A stretch of DNA of 64,000 bases, from contig JAEZTF010000007.1 in NCBI GenBank assembly GCA_023443725.1, positions 2,391 through 66,390 on the forward strand, in the 5' to 3' direction. Positions 49,129 through 59,613 of this stretch are shown here, piece by piece. This DNA is from Candidatus Parcubacteria bacterium. GTDB lineage: Bacteria > Patescibacteriota > Microgenomatia > UBA12405. Under the pieces are notes generated by a model that saw only the letters and a list, made by a program, of their open reading frames with translations, was not told the DNA's origin and did not search any database. Both the position numbers and the translations under genes were made by a program. Numbering within the stretch: the stretch's first letter is position 1; every line of letters starts with the position of its first letter.

Positions 49129-49725
49129 ATGCCTCCAATAATTAATTTCAAAATTTGTGATAACGCCCCAGAGTGTGGCGGTATTGAAGTTTGTCCTACT
49201 AAAGCCATCAGCTGGAACGAATCTAAAAAAACATTAGAAATTGATGATTCAAAATGTATTAATTGTGGTTTGTGTGTCAAAAACTGTCCTGTTGGAGCTA
49301 TCAAAGTAGCCACTGGCAAAAAGCTTGAATTAATTAAACAAGAATACGAAAAAGATCAAAGACGAACCTCTGATTTATTTATAGAACGTTACGGCGCCTC
49401 TTCGATGGATCCAACCGCTCTTGTATCCCCTATTTTTTTAAAAAACCAAATTGATAAAAAATTAACTTTGGTTGGTGAAATTTATGATAATGATTTGGCT
49501 ATGTGTTTACTTAAATCAATTCCTATAAAAGACCTCTTCAAAAACAAAATTTTATATTACAAAATCAATATCAAATTTGCTCCAAATTTAATTAAAGAAT
49601 ATAAAATAAAAAAACTGCCTTGTCTTTTATTCTTCAAAAATGGCCAATTAACAGGCAAAATAGAAGGCTATTACGGATTAGAAAATAAGACCGAATTATT
49701 AACTAAGATTTCTCAACTATCTTAG
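49129..49725 (+). CDS. Ferredoxin-domain (2 x Fe-S Cys motifs) protein fused to a thioredoxin-fold-like C-terminal domain lacking CxxC
   Basis: CDNAPECGGIEVCP and CINCGLCVKNCP. The C-terminal KKLPCLLFFKNGQLTGKIEGY resembles a Trx fold with a single Cys. Confidence 0.5.
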   Translation: MPPIINFKICDNAPECGGIEVCPTKAISWNESKKTLEIDDSKCINCGLCVKNCPVGAIKVATGKKLELIKQEYEKDQRRTSDLFIERYGASSMDPTALVSPIFLKNQIDKKLTLVGEIYDNDLAMCLLKSIPIKDLFKNKILYYKINIKFAPNLIKEYKIKKLPCLLFFKNGQLTGKIEGYYGLENKTELLTKISQLS

Positions 49726-50577
49726 TTTATCTATCAAAAACTCTAGCATTTGATTTACACCTTTTAGCTCTGGTTCACTAGATATCAACCCAGGTTTTTC
49801 TCCAGAAGAGACCAATTTTTTAATAACTTCATGACTATTAGCCGGTACCAAGTTAATTTTAACTTTTCTATTTCTCATTGATGTTTCATCATTTTTACCA
49901 TCACCCAAATAAATGACATCAAAACCTCCAACTAGAGCTTCCATTGCTGTCATTTTGTCTACTCCTATAGGAGTAATATCTACCGCAGTTGACGAATTAG
50001 TAATTACTAACCCATTAAGTAAGTCCTTGTCTATTTTATTTTTTAATAATTCTTTAAAAGTATCGGTATCTCTTTTTCCATCTAAACCAACCGGTGGATT
50101 AAAAGATATACCTAAAACTTTTCCTTCTTCAACTGCTCCACCACAACTAATCCCTAAATCAATTATTTTATCTCTATTATTTCTAAGTAAATTTGCACTT
50201 TCTTTATCAACACAACTTGGTACTTCTTCTATTCCACTCAATCCATCATAAATTATTAATCCACCTTCAACAATATTTTTATCTAAAATTATTCCATTTT
50301 TTTTAGGAAGAAGAACTTCTATTAATCTTTTTGAAAACTCCACTCCTCTCCCAGTTGATAATCCCAAACTTAACCCCATTTTTTTTAATGACACAATATT
50401 TTGCCGAAATAATTGAATTTCTTCTTTATTTTCCCAACTCCATTCTTCCAATGTTTTTTGATTACCTACTGTTTCTAATCCCCCTTCTATCAAACAACCA
50501 TCTACATCCATCAATAAATAACCACCATTATTTTTTAGATTTTCTATTTCCAATTCTAGTTTCCCAAATAGTTTCAT
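49717..50577 (-). CDS. HAD-superfamily hydrolase (Cof/phosphatase-like)
   Basis: DVDGCL (motif I DxDG) and GDGKNDETSM (motif III/IV). Confidence 0.6.
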   Translation of the reverse strand: MKLFGKLELEIENLKNNGGYLLMDVDGCLIEGGLETVGNQKTLEEWSWENKEEIQLFRQNIVSLKKMGLSLGLSTGRGVEFSKRLIEVLLPKKNGIILDKNIVEGGLIIYDGLSGIEEVPSCVDKESANLLRNNRDKIIDLGISCGGAVEEGKVLGISFNPPVGLDGKRDTDTFKELLKNKIDKDLLNGLVITNSSTAVDITPIGVDKMTAMEALVGGFDVIYLGDGKNDETSMRNRKVKINLVPANSHEVIKKLVSSGEKPGLISSEPELKGVNQMLEFLIDKLR

Positions 50578-51641
50578 TATATTTTCTTTTCTAATTTAAC
50601 TACTATTTCTATTTTTTGTTTGTCTCTTACTAATTTCATTTTCACTTCATCCCCTATTTTTCTTTGACTAATAGTTTTAGCAATGGAAACTTTATCATCA
50701 CCCATAATTTTTTGGGCATCAATTTCAATCACAACATCACCAGATTTTATTCCAGCTTTCTCAGCTGGACTATTTTTAGCCACTGACTGTATATAATCAC
50801 CAACTGATATGTTATTTTTTTTGGCTATTTCTTCTGTTACCGTTTGATACATTACTCCCAAATACGGTCGATCAAACTCACCTGTTTTTCTAAAATTATC
50901 CACTGAATTTTTAACTAAATTTATCGGTAAGGCAAAACCAATATTTTGTCCATTCTGAGATACTGCCACATTTACTCCAATCACTTGGCCAATTATGTTA
51001 AACAACGGACCCCCTGAATTACCTGAATTTATGGCTGCATCAGTTTGAATCACACCTTCAAGTTTTTCTGATGCCACTCCTACTCCACCGGCTGTAATTC
51101 CCCTACCTAAACCAGAGATTACCCCTTTTGTTACAGTCGACCTAAACTCTCCCAATGCTGTTCCAATTGCAATTACTGTTTGGCCTACTTTTAATTGATC
51201 AGAGTCACCTAAAATTACTGGTATTAGATTGGTTTGATCAATTTTTAAAATTGCTAAATCATTTATTGGATCACGATAAATATTTTTAACTTCAAAAGTT
51301 TCTTCTCCAATAATTACTTTATACTTGGCTTCGATATCACTTACCACATGTTTATTAGTCACTATTAAACCATCGCTACTAATAATAAAACCCGTCCCCA
51401 CATCCTGTTCAATATTTTTTGTATCTAAACTCAAATTATCGACAATATCTTTATTAATTGAGACAGTCACCACACTTTTAGAAGATTTTTCCACTACTCC
51501 AATCGTTGTCGATTCTTCTTCAATTAATTGACTAATTAATTTAGCATTTTTTTTATTTAATTTCAGTCCAAAAAATATTCCACTTTCAAATATTAATATC
51601 AATAAAATTATTATTAAAATTAAGTTTTTTTTATTTTTCAT
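50577..51641 (-). CDS. htrA: HtrA/DegP-family serine protease with PDZ domain
   Basis: Trypsin-like catalytic triad context (TNKHV, D, GNSGGPL) plus a C-terminal PDZ domain. Confidence 0.85.
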   Translation of the reverse strand: MKNKKNLILIIILLILIFESGIFFGLKLNKKNAKLISQLIEEESTTIGVVEKSSKSVVTVSINKDIVDNLSLDTKNIEQDVGTGFIISSDGLIVTNKHVVSDIEAKYKVIIGEETFEVKNIYRDPINDLAILKIDQTNLIPVILGDSDQLKVGQTVIAIGTALGEFRSTVTKGVISGLGRGITAGGVGVASEKLEGVIQTDAAINSGNSGGPLFNIIGQVIGVNVAVSQNGQNIGFALPINLVKNSVDNFRKTGEFDRPYLGVMYQTVTEEIAKKNNISVGDYIQSVAKNSPAEKAGIKSGDVVIEIDAQKIMGDDKVSIAKTISQRKIGDEVKMKLVRDKQKIEIVVKLEKKI

Positions 51642-52821
51642 TCAAAACTTCCATGGCCTTTTCTAATTGCAAATCTTTACTGGCATCAGTTCCTGCTTCA
51701 ACTTCTATATCAGCAGCTACCCCTTCTCCATGAATATTTTTTCCACTTGGCAACAACCATTTAGCAATAGTTACATGTAATCCACTTCCATCACTAAAAT
51801 CTTCTGGTTGTTGAACTGTCCCCTTACCAAAAGTTTTTTTGCCTACCAATTTGGATCGATTATATTCTTTTAATGCTCCAGCCAAAATTTCTGATGCCGA
51901 AGCACTACCTTCATTAACTAAAACCACTAATTTTTCCTTTAATAAATTTCTTCTAGATTGATCCACTTTATATTCCTGAGTTAAGCCAGTAGTTGAATCC
52001 TGTTTCACAACTACTCCATCAGAAATCAAATCTGAGGCTACAAAAACACTAGCTTCTAAATAACCGCCAGGATTATTTCTCAAGTCCAACACAATTCCTC
52101 CAAAATTATTTCCTTCATTATTTTTGATTTCATTAACTACTATTGGCCATTCTTTAAAAACATTTTCTGAAAATTTATTCAATTTTACCCAAGCTATTTT
52201 TTTACCATTTAACTCTTTCCATTCTAATTCCACACTTTTAACCACAATATTATCTCTTTTTAAAACGACATCAAATTTACCTTTATCTTCTCGATACATT
52301 GTTAAAATAACCTCACTGCCTATTTTCCCCCTAATAAGCTTAACCGCTTCAGCTAAACTGATTCCGGTTGTATCTTTATCAACTTTATTACCTTTATCCA
52401 CAATCTTTAAAATCAAATCATTTGTTTTTAATCCAGCTCTTTCAGCTGGTGTATCTGATAAAGTCGTCATTACTGCCAAAGTTCCATCTTTATAACCCAA
52501 AGATATTCCGACTCCTCCAAACTCACCTTCCAACTCTTCATTAGAACTCTTGTTTTCTTCTGGTGTTAAATAAACTGTATACGGATCACCAATAGACGCT
52601 ACCATACCTTTTATCGCTCCATATTCCATTGATTTCTTGTCTATTTTATTTTTATCCAAATATAACGATGATAGTCGATCTTTTACTTTCCACATCATTG
52701 ATAAGTCCAACTCGTTTTTGTCAATAATTTTATATCCTTGGCCAACCCTAAAACTAACTAAAGAAACAACCGAAAGTATGGCTAAAACCAAAAAAATATT
52801 TCTTATTTTCTTAAACTGCAT
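51631..52821 (-). CDS. C-terminal processing peptidase (S41, CtpA-like) with PDZ
   Basis: PDZ domain, S41 catalytic Ser context (GSASASEIL) and a Lys downstream. Confidence 0.8.
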   Translation of the reverse strand: MQFKKIRNIFLVLAILSVVSLVSFRVGQGYKIIDKNELDLSMMWKVKDRLSSLYLDKNKIDKKSMEYGAIKGMVASIGDPYTVYLTPEENKSSNEELEGEFGGVGISLGYKDGTLAVMTTLSDTPAERAGLKTNDLILKIVDKGNKVDKDTTGISLAEAVKLIRGKIGSEVILTMYREDKGKFDVVLKRDNIVVKSVELEWKELNGKKIAWVKLNKFSENVFKEWPIVVNEIKNNEGNNFGGIVLDLRNNPGGYLEASVFVASDLISDGVVVKQDSTTGLTQEYKVDQSRRNLLKEKLVVLVNEGSASASEILAGALKEYNRSKLVGKKTFGKGTVQQPEDFSDGSGLHVTIAKWLLPSGKNIHGEGVAADIEVEAGTDASKDLQLEKAMEVLNEK

Positions 52822-52824
52822 TAT

Positions 52825-53565
52825 TTATTCTAACACTAATAATAATCTTCCCATATTGGAATTTAATAAAAATCGATTTTCACCTATTTTCATTTTTAAT
52901 AATTCTTCCCAGGTATCATTATTTAAATACAAAGACGGTATTTTTATTTTTAATTCATCCACTTTAGTATTAGTTATTATTCCAACCACTCCAACCACTT
53001 CCGCTTTCAACAAAAAAGTATTTTCCAAATTATTAGTAAATAATATTTTACCGTCCATGTTTGGACCTAACTGTTCCAATCTATTTATAATATTTAAATT
53101 ACCATCACCCCAAGTTTTACCTTCAACCAAAGTTTCACCATTAAACTCTTTAACCCAAAAATCTAGAATTATTTTACCATCTTCAATCTTGGAGATTTTG
53201 GATTTTACTGGTGCTTTTATTTCTTTTTTATTACCCAAATCAATTTCTATTTTTAAACTTCCAAATTCATTTAACTCCAAAAACTTACCTGATATAGGAA
53301 AACAAATTTTTTTCTTTAAAAAACCACCTTTAACGCAAAAAAGATCTCCTTGATTTATTAATTCATTCTTAAATTTAGAATTTAAATCATTTATAACTTC
53401 TAAACCTATATTTTTAAATATTTCTCCATAGTTATAACTTTTTATATCTAAATTTTCAGATTCAGCCAAAATTTGGTCTTTTTCCACCACATCTCCAACA
53501 CTTACCATAATTTTGGACCTTTCTGGTAGTTTTATTATCCACTTTGTTTTAATCTTATCTTTCAT
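52825..53565 (-). CDS. Hypothetical protein
   Basis: No motif recognised. There is a possible N-terminal lipoyl/barrel-sandwich-like segment. Confidence 0.3.
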   Translation of the reverse strand: MKDKIKTKWIIKLPERSKIMVSVGDVVEKDQILAESENLDIKSYNYGEIFKNIGLEVINDLNSKFKNELINQGDLFCVKGGFLKKKICFPISGKFLELNEFGSLKIEIDLGNKKEIKAPVKSKISKIEDGKIILDFWVKEFNGETLVEGKTWGDGNLNIINRLEQLGPNMDGKILFTNNLENTFLLKAEVVGVVGIITNTKVDELKIKIPSLYLNNDTWEELLKMKIGENRFLLNSNMGRLLLVLE

Positions 53566-53640
53566 CTATCTATTATAACCAAAAATCTCCTTGAGAAACA
53601 CCCAAGGAGATTTCAAAATCTATTTTAGTTTTGTTGAAAA

Positions 53641-53895
53641 TTACTGAGTCACAAAAGGTAATAAAGCCAAATGTCTTGCTTGTTTTATGGCTGCAGCTAA
53701 TTTTCTTTGATGTTTAGCACAAGTGCCATTATAAATTCCAGCAATTATTCTTCCTCTAGGAGACAAGAAATCATAAAACTTATCGTAATCTTGCCACTTA
53801 GGATCATTACCAGACTTGCAAAAAGAACAGCCTTTTTCTTTACCTTTTCTTTTAGCTATCAATAAATTGTCTTTTTTACCTTTTTTCTTAATCAT
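53641..53895 (-). CDS. rpsR: 30S ribosomal protein S18
   Basis: YDKFYDFLSPRGRI...KHQRKLAAAIKQARHLALLP. Confidence 0.85.
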   Translation of the reverse strand: MIKKKGKKDNLLIAKRKGKEKGCSFCKSGNDPKWQDYDKFYDFLSPRGRIIAGIYNGTCAKHQRKLAAAIKQARHLALLPFVTQ

Positions 53896-53903
53896 AAAAA
53901 CTA

Positions 53904-54437
53904 TTAGAAGGGCATTTCCTCCCCTTTGTTATCATCATTAGTAACTTGATTTGATGGTACGGTTTGATCTGTATTAATATCATCTGGAATAACTATATCA
54001 TCTATACTTCCAGTTTCTTCCATAGCAGGAGCCTCACTTTGTCCCTCTAGATCTGCGTCCATAGATTGGTGATCACCATTACCCTTATTATCCAAAATAA
54101 TCATATCGTCAATAATAATTTCAGTTATTTGTTTTTTATTATTTTCATTGTCAGTAAATTCTCTATATTGAATTCTACCGTCAACATAAATTCTTCGACC
54201 TTTAGATAAAAGTTGAGAACACAACTCGGCTAATTTATTCCAAGCCACTATTCGATGAAATTGAGCATCTTCCTTTCGTTCACCTTGTTTGGTTACCCAA
54301 ACTCTATTAGTAGCCAATCCGAAAGAAGCTACAGCCATACCACCTGGGGTATATCTTAACTCTGGGTCACGAGTCAAATTACCAATTAACATTACCCTAT
54401 TCAGACATCTGCTAGGCATATTCTTTTTTACTCCCAC
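53904..54437 (-). CDS. ssb: Single-stranded DNA-binding protein
   Basis: OB-fold N-terminus RVMLIGNLTRDPELRYTPGG and an acidic C-terminal tail ending EEMPF. Confidence 0.85.
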   Translation of the reverse strand: MGVKKNMPSRCLNRVMLIGNLTRDPELRYTPGGMAVASFGLATNRVWVTKQGERKEDAQFHRIVAWNKLAELCSQLLSKGRRIYVDGRIQYREFTDNENNKKQITEIIIDDMIILDNKGNGDHQSMDADLEGQSEAPAMEETGSIDDIVIPDDINTDQTVPSNQVTNDDNKGEEMPF

Positions 54438-54461
54438 ACTTGTGGAAATCCTCCATATTCT

Positions 54462-54752
54462 TTAAATTTTTAAAATTAAATAACGAATAATATTATTTTC
54501 TCGATTTAATAAGACATTTAATTCATTTAGTTTTAATGTAGACGAAGAAACCAAATCTAAAATCCAAAAATCACCAGTTTTATTACCTTTAATCTCATAA
54601 ACCAACTCTTTAATTCCCATATGGTCTTTCTTTTCAACTTCAACTTCTCGACCCGAAAGCCAATCAGTTACTTTTTTAAAAGCGTTTTCTTTTTCTTCAG
54701 TCTTTGGGTTTAAAACCAAAACTAATTGATATTTATATTTTTTTTCTTTCAT
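54462..54752 (-). CDS. rpsF: 30S ribosomal protein S6
   Basis: Conserved rpsF-ssb-rpsR arrangement, with YQLVLVLNP at the N-terminus. Confidence 0.8.
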   Translation of the reverse strand: MKEKKYKYQLVLVLNPKTEEKENAFKKVTDWLSGREVEVEKKDHMGIKELVYEIKGNKTGDFWILDLVSSSTLKLNELNVLLNRENNIIRYLILKI

Positions 54753-54794
54753 GAACTCAATAGATTAACATAAATTGTTTTTTTTAACAATATT

Positions 54795-56177
54795 TTATTT
54801 ATTAATTTTCCTTATTTTACACTCATCTTGTAAATCTTCAACCAGATATCCTTTATTTTTTATCTCCTCTCTAAGTCTATCAGACTCTAACCAATTTTTC
54901 TCTTCCCTAACCTTTTTTCTTTTATCTACCAAATCCCAAATTTCTTGGGGTATTTTCTCATCTTCTATTTTCTTGTTTAAATCTAAATCCAAAACTTTAT
55001 CAAAATCTGCAATTGTCGCTTTTTTATCTTCATTTTTAATATTCTCATCTTTAGTTAATTTCCAAATCAATGCCAAGGCCTCTGAAGTTAATAGATCATT
55101 AGACATTAGTTCAATAAATTGATTTTTATAATCTTGATTAATTTGTCCATTGTCTCCCCAATTACTCAATAAATTTCTTAATTTGAATAAGGCTGTCTGA
55201 CTAGATTTTAAAGAATCAATTGAAAATTCCAAGCCTTTTCTATAATGTGAAGTCAATACTAGATATTTATGAGCCAAAGGATCATAACCCATTTCTACTA
55301 ATTGTTGTGCCGTATAACCATTACCTAGGCTTTTACTCATTTTTTCTCCACCTTTTAAAGTTAACCAAGCATTATGAATCCAATAATTTGCTGTTTGATG
55401 ACCAAAAGCACCATAACCTTGAGCAATTTCATTTGTGTGATGAACTCCAATGTGTTCAATTCCACCAGTATGGATATCAAAAGTTTCTCCTAAATATTTA
55501 GTTGACATTGCCGTACATTCTAAATGCCAACCCGGGAAACCTTCTCCCCAGGGTGAGTTCCATTTCATTATATGATTTGGTTGATTCGTCACCCACAACA
55601 AAAAATCCCAAGGGTTTTTTTTCTCGATATCAATTTTTACTCTATTGCCCACATCCATCTCTGTCAGTTTCAAATTAGCAAATTTTGCATAATCTTTGAA
55701 CTTTGAAGTATCAAAAACTAAACCAGTTTCTGTTTTATAACTAAAACCATTGGCTTCAATTTTTTTAGCCAATTCAATTTGTTCATTTATATGTTCTGTA
55801 GCTCGACATAAAATATCAGGTTTTTGAATATTGAATAAATCGAGGCTTTCAATAAATTGTTTTTCATATTTTTTAGCAATTTCCCATGGCGTTAAACCTT
55901 CACGAGCAGCTCCTTTTTCCATTTTATCTTCTCCGGTATCTGCATCCGATGTTAAATGACCAACATCTGTTAAATTCATCACCCATTTAACTTTATATCC
56001 AACATATCTTAAGAAATTAACCAAAGTCCCCCATTGTGTATAAGCATACATATGACCAATATGTTGATTCCAATAAACTGTCGGACCACAAGAATAAATT
56101 CCTACTTCATTTTCTTTAACAGGTACGAGTTCTTCCTTTTGTCTAGAAGCTGTATTATATAAAAAAACTTTTTGCAT
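54795..56177 (-). CDS. cysS: Cysteinyl-tRNA synthetase
   Basis: Class I motifs HIGH (NQHIGHM) and KMSKS, with Zn-binding Cys residues. Start trimmed to MQKVFLYNT. Confidence 0.9.
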   Translation of the reverse strand: MQKVFLYNTASRQKEELVPVKENEVGIYSCGPTVYWNQHIGHMYAYTQWGTLVNFLRYVGYKVKWVMNLTDVGHLTSDADTGEDKMEKGAAREGLTPWEIAKKYEKQFIESLDLFNIQKPDILCRATEHINEQIELAKKIEANGFSYKTETGLVFDTSKFKDYAKFANLKLTEMDVGNRVKIDIEKKNPWDFLLWVTNQPNHIMKWNSPWGEGFPGWHLECTAMSTKYLGETFDIHTGGIEHIGVHHTNEIAQGYGAFGHQTANYWIHNAWLTLKGGEKMSKSLGNGYTAQQLVEMGYDPLAHKYLVLTSHYRKGLEFSIDSLKSSQTALFKLRNLLSNWGDNGQINQDYKNQFIELMSNDLLTSEALALIWKLTKDENIKNEDKKATIADFDKVLDLDLNKKIEDEKIPQEIWDLVDKRKKVREEKNWLESDRLREEIKNKGYLVEDLQDECKIRKINK

Positions 56178-56195
56178 ACAGACCAATTATACCAA

Positions 56196-56696
56196 CTAAT
56201 TCACTTTTCCCTTAAACTCTTGTGTTTGTGACATTTGCGATTGATCTGGTTGTGATTTTTTCTTATGAGCCAAAGCACTTCCTCTAGATTTTTTTTGTTT
56301 GGCTGGATTAGTTGATTCCATCATTAAATTATTATTATTTTCCGCAATTTGCTGTGCTTCCATTTCTTTTTGTTGTTTTTCTTGTTCAAAATATTTTTCT
56401 TTTTCTTCCTCTTCTTTTTCCTTCTGTTGTCTAATTTGTTCTATTTCATCCTCAACTTTTCTACCTAAACCCATTTCTGATTTTATTTTTCTAATTTCTT
56501 CTTGTCTTTTGATTTCATCTTCTTGTTGTTCATGGGCCAATTGATTATTATCTACTCCTCCTTCTAGTCCTAACAGTTCTTTACCAGTAATAGTTGTCTC
56601 CAATATCCTTTGGCTTTCTTCACCTAATTTCTCTACTGTTTCATCAGCTAATTTTTTAAAACCCTTACCAATTCCTTTTATTATTTGATTATTCAT
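56196..56696 (-). CDS. Hypothetical E/K/Q-rich coiled-coil protein
   Basis: Low-complexity charged repeats. Confidence 0.3.
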   Translation of the reverse strand: MNNQIIKGIGKGFKKLADETVEKLGEESQRILETTITGKELLGLEGGVDNNQLAHEQQEDEIKRQEEIRKIKSEMGLGRKVEDEIEQIRQQKEKEEEEKEKYFEQEKQQKEMEAQQIAENNNNLMMESTNPAKQKKSRGSALAHKKKSQPDQSQMSQTQEFKGKVN

Positions 56697-57124
56697 AATT
56701 GATCTGAAAATATTTTTTTTAAATCTTTTATATTTTGATAATTAAACACTAACACTCCTGGACAACCAGATATCATAGCTGATAATTTTCTACCTTCAAT
56801 TTTTCTGTATATACAAATTACCTTCTTTTTGAATTCCGTTGCTCGAGCAATTTCTATTCCTACTCCAAAACTCGGATGAGTTACCTCAGCTATTAACACA
56901 TCACTCATTTTTACCCAATTAATATCTCGTTTATAAATTTCTTTATCACTAATCTTTTCTCCAAATTGAGTTAATTTATCACTACCAATATGTTCAGTCA
57001 AAACCTTACCATATTCTTTTAATTCATTAATTATTTCCAAATAAATTTCTTTATCATCTCTACCTCCAGTAATCGATCCAGCAAAATATATCTTCATAAA
57101 ACTATTATATATCTCTTCTTCCAT
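56693..57124 (-). CDS. Nucleoside 2-deoxyribosyltransferase-like / DNPH1-like protein
   Basis: KIYFAGSITGGRD N-terminal motif and a Rossmann-like fold typical of the PF05014 family. Confidence 0.45.
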   Translation of the reverse strand: MEEEIYNSFMKIYFAGSITGGRDDKEIYLEIINELKEYGKVLTEHIGSDKLTQFGEKISDKEIYKRDINWVKMSDVLIAEVTHPSFGVGIEIARATEFKKKVICIYRKIEGRKLSAMISGCPGVLVFNYQNIKDLKKIFSDQL

Positions 57125-57716
57125 CTAAAGCCCGACTTAAGGTAGCTTGATCGGCATATTCTAAATCTGCCCCCATTGGTAAACCACTACCAATTCTAGT
57201 TATTTTTAAATTTTTTATTTTTAAATCTTCTAATTTCTTTTTTATATACAAAGCGGTCGCTTCACCTTCCATTGTTGGATTTGTAGCCAAAATAATTTCC
57301 ATTTCTTTATCAAAATTCTTTACTCTTTCAGCTAATTCATTAATTTTTAAGTCATCAGGACCAACGTGATCTAACGGATTTATCACCCCTCCTAGAACAT
57401 GATAAGTCCCTTTAAAACCACCCATATTTTCAATCGCCATCACATCTATAGCTCTTTCAACAACACAAATTAATAAATGATTTCTCTTTTCATCATTACA
57501 AATAGTACAAACATCTTTTTCACTAACCGAAAAACAAGTTCGACAAATTTTAATTTCATCTTTCATTTTGACTAAACAATCAGCTAATTCTTTTACATAT
57601 GTTTTTGGCGTGTTCATCAGATAAAAAGCTAACCTTGCCGCTCCTTTTGGACCAATTCCTGGCAACCTCTCAAAAGAAGTAATTACATCTTTAATTGCCT
57701 TTGGAAAATCCGCCAT
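57105..57716 (-). CDS. recR: Recombination protein RecR
   Basis: HhH N-terminus, C4 zinc finger CRTC...CTIC and a Toprim domain. Confidence 0.9.
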   Translation of the reverse strand: MADFPKAIKDVITSFERLPGIGPKGAARLAFYLMNTPKTYVKELADCLVKMKDEIKICRTCFSVSEKDVCTICNDEKRNHLLICVVERAIDVMAIENMGGFKGTYHVLGGVINPLDHVGPDDLKINELAERVKNFDKEMEIILATNPTMEGEATALYIKKKLEDLKIKNLKITRIGSGLPMGADLEYADQATLSRALDGRRDI

Positions 57717-57718
57717 AT

Positions 57719-57967
57719 TTAAAACAAACCTTCAAGTCCACCCATATCCTTCATTCTTTTTGCTGCCATTTCCTGAGATTTTTTCATCGCTTTGTTTATA
57801 GTATCTACCAATATTTTATTTTCTCCTCCATTAATCGATAGAGATTTTATTTTTTGATCACCGCTAACCACTACTTTTATTCCACTTTCTTCTACTTCTA
57901 TAGTTTCTGCTTCTATTGCCTTTTTTAATTTATAAGCTTGAGCCAACATTTTTGCTTTATCAAACAT
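57719..57967 (-). CDS. ybaB: YbaB/EbfC nucleoid-associated protein (short)
   Basis: Conserved dnaX-ybaB-recR synteny. 82 aa, helical. Confidence 0.75.
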   Translation of the reverse strand: MFDKAKMLAQAYKLKKAIEAETIEVEESGIKVVVSGDQKIKSLSINGGENKILVDTINKAMKKSQEMAAKRMKDMGGLEGLF

Positions 57968-58008
57968 AAATATTTTTAATTATTAATTTTAATTATTAAT
58001 TGTATCAT

Positions 58009-59535
58009 TTAACCAAATATATCCTTTGCCACATCATACAAATCTTTTTTTTCATCTTTAGCGTCATTTACCAATTCTTGACTAATACTTTCTATAGGAG
58101 TGTCATTATTAATAACTAATGGTTTTTTCTTATCTTTGGTTAAAACACACTCAAAAGTCATATCTGTTCCCAAAACGCATTTTAAACCATCTTCAACAAT
58201 TTTTTTATTTTTTATTTCTTCCAATCTATCTTTGTGAAACGGATAAAAAACCTCTACTATCAAACATCTACCTTCAACTGATTTTGGTTGGGTCGCTCTC
58301 AAAAAAGCCTCCACTGAATGATTAAATGGTTTTACTGTCATCAATAAATTTCCCCAAACTTGTTTAACTTTATCTATATCAACCTCCATATCCGATTTTA
58401 TTTCTATTTTCTGACTTTCAACTATTCTTGGTTTTTCTGTCTTAGTTTCCAATTTTTCTTCACTTTTATCTTTTTCTTTGACCTCACTAATCCCTTCTTC
58501 TTTGTCTAAAAAATCAATTACCGCTAATTCTATAGGTAATTGTTCTATTTCAACATCTTTGCTTTGTTTTATAGCTCTAATAAGTAGATCAATTAGTCTT
58601 TCTAATTCTTTTAACTCAAACTTACTTTTATTTCCCTCTCCAATATCAAAGTTAAGCAATAATTTATTCTGAAAATATTCTAATAATCTATCGGTAAAAT
58701 TTTTAATATCCACTCCCTTATTAGTCAAATGTTCGATCTTCTCTAAAATCGGTTTTGTATCACCTATTAATAGATCTAATTCAAATTGATCTTCTGTATA
58801 TTCACCTCCAATACTATTATAAAAACTTTCCACTGACCCCAAACTTATTTCATTTCCAATATTTAAATAAATTTCATTAAAAATTCGATGTAAATTACGA
58901 AAACTTCCATCACTCTTACTAACTATCAAATCTATAACCTCATTTTCTACTTTTAAATTTTCTCCTAAAATAACTCGTTCTAAAGACTTAGTTAGTTCCT
59001 TTTTAGTTCCTTTTTTAAAATCTAATCTCATCAACCTTGATAAGACTGTCTCTGGAATTTTTTCTGGATCAGTAGTACATAAAACAAAAATAGTATGTTT
59101 TGGCGGTTCCTCTATCAATTTTAATAATGCATTAAAAGCATCTTTAGTCAGCATATGAACCTCATCAATAATAAAAACTTTCTTTTTTAAATTACTCGGC
59201 ATCAAATATGCTTTATCTTTTAATTCTCGAATATTTTCTATTCCTCTATTTGAGGCTGCATCAATTTCTATAATATCCATATCTCTACCTTCCAGTATCA
59301 TTCGACAGTTTTCACATTTTCCACAAGGTTCTCCGTTTTTTAAATCAGAACAATTTACCGCTCTAGCTAAAATTCTAGCAGCAGAAGTTTTACCAGAACC
59401 TTTTGGTCCAACAAACAAAAATGACTGAGGCATTTCTTTAGCCATTAAAATTTTCCTCAAACCATCAGCTGCTTGTATTGAATCTAAGTCTGAAATAAAA
59501 ACTGGTCTATATTTTAAATAAAAAACGGACATCAA
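58009..59535 (-). CDS. dnaX: DNA polymerase III subunit gamma/tau
   Basis: Walker A GPKGSGKTS, Zn module CSDLKNGEPCGKCENC and SRC-like box. Confidence 0.9.
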   Translation of the reverse strand: MMSVFYLKYRPVFISDLDSIQAADGLRKILMAKEMPQSFLFVGPKGSGKTSAARILARAVNCSDLKNGEPCGKCENCRMILEGRDMDIIEIDAASNRGIENIRELKDKAYLMPSNLKKKVFIIDEVHMLTKDAFNALLKLIEEPPKHTIFVLCTTDPEKIPETVLSRLMRLDFKKGTKKELTKSLERVILGENLKVENEVIDLIVSKSDGSFRNLHRIFNEIYLNIGNEISLGSVESFYNSIGGEYTEDQFELDLLIGDTKPILEKIEHLTNKGVDIKNFTDRLLEYFQNKLLLNFDIGEGNKSKFELKELERLIDLLIRAIKQSKDVEIEQLPIELAVIDFLDKEEGISEVKEKDKSEEKLETKTEKPRIVESQKIEIKSDMEVDIDKVKQVWGNLLMTVKPFNHSVEAFLRATQPKSVEGRCLIVEVFYPFHKDRLEEIKNKKIVEDGLKCVLGTDMTFECVLTKDKKKPLVINNDTPIESISQELVNDAKDEKKDLYDVAKDIFG

Positions 59536-59613
59536 TTAGGATTAAACCATTGTTATCATTTCTTTACAATAACATTTTCTATATCAACAAATTTTTTTAA
59601 TATATCAAACCAT

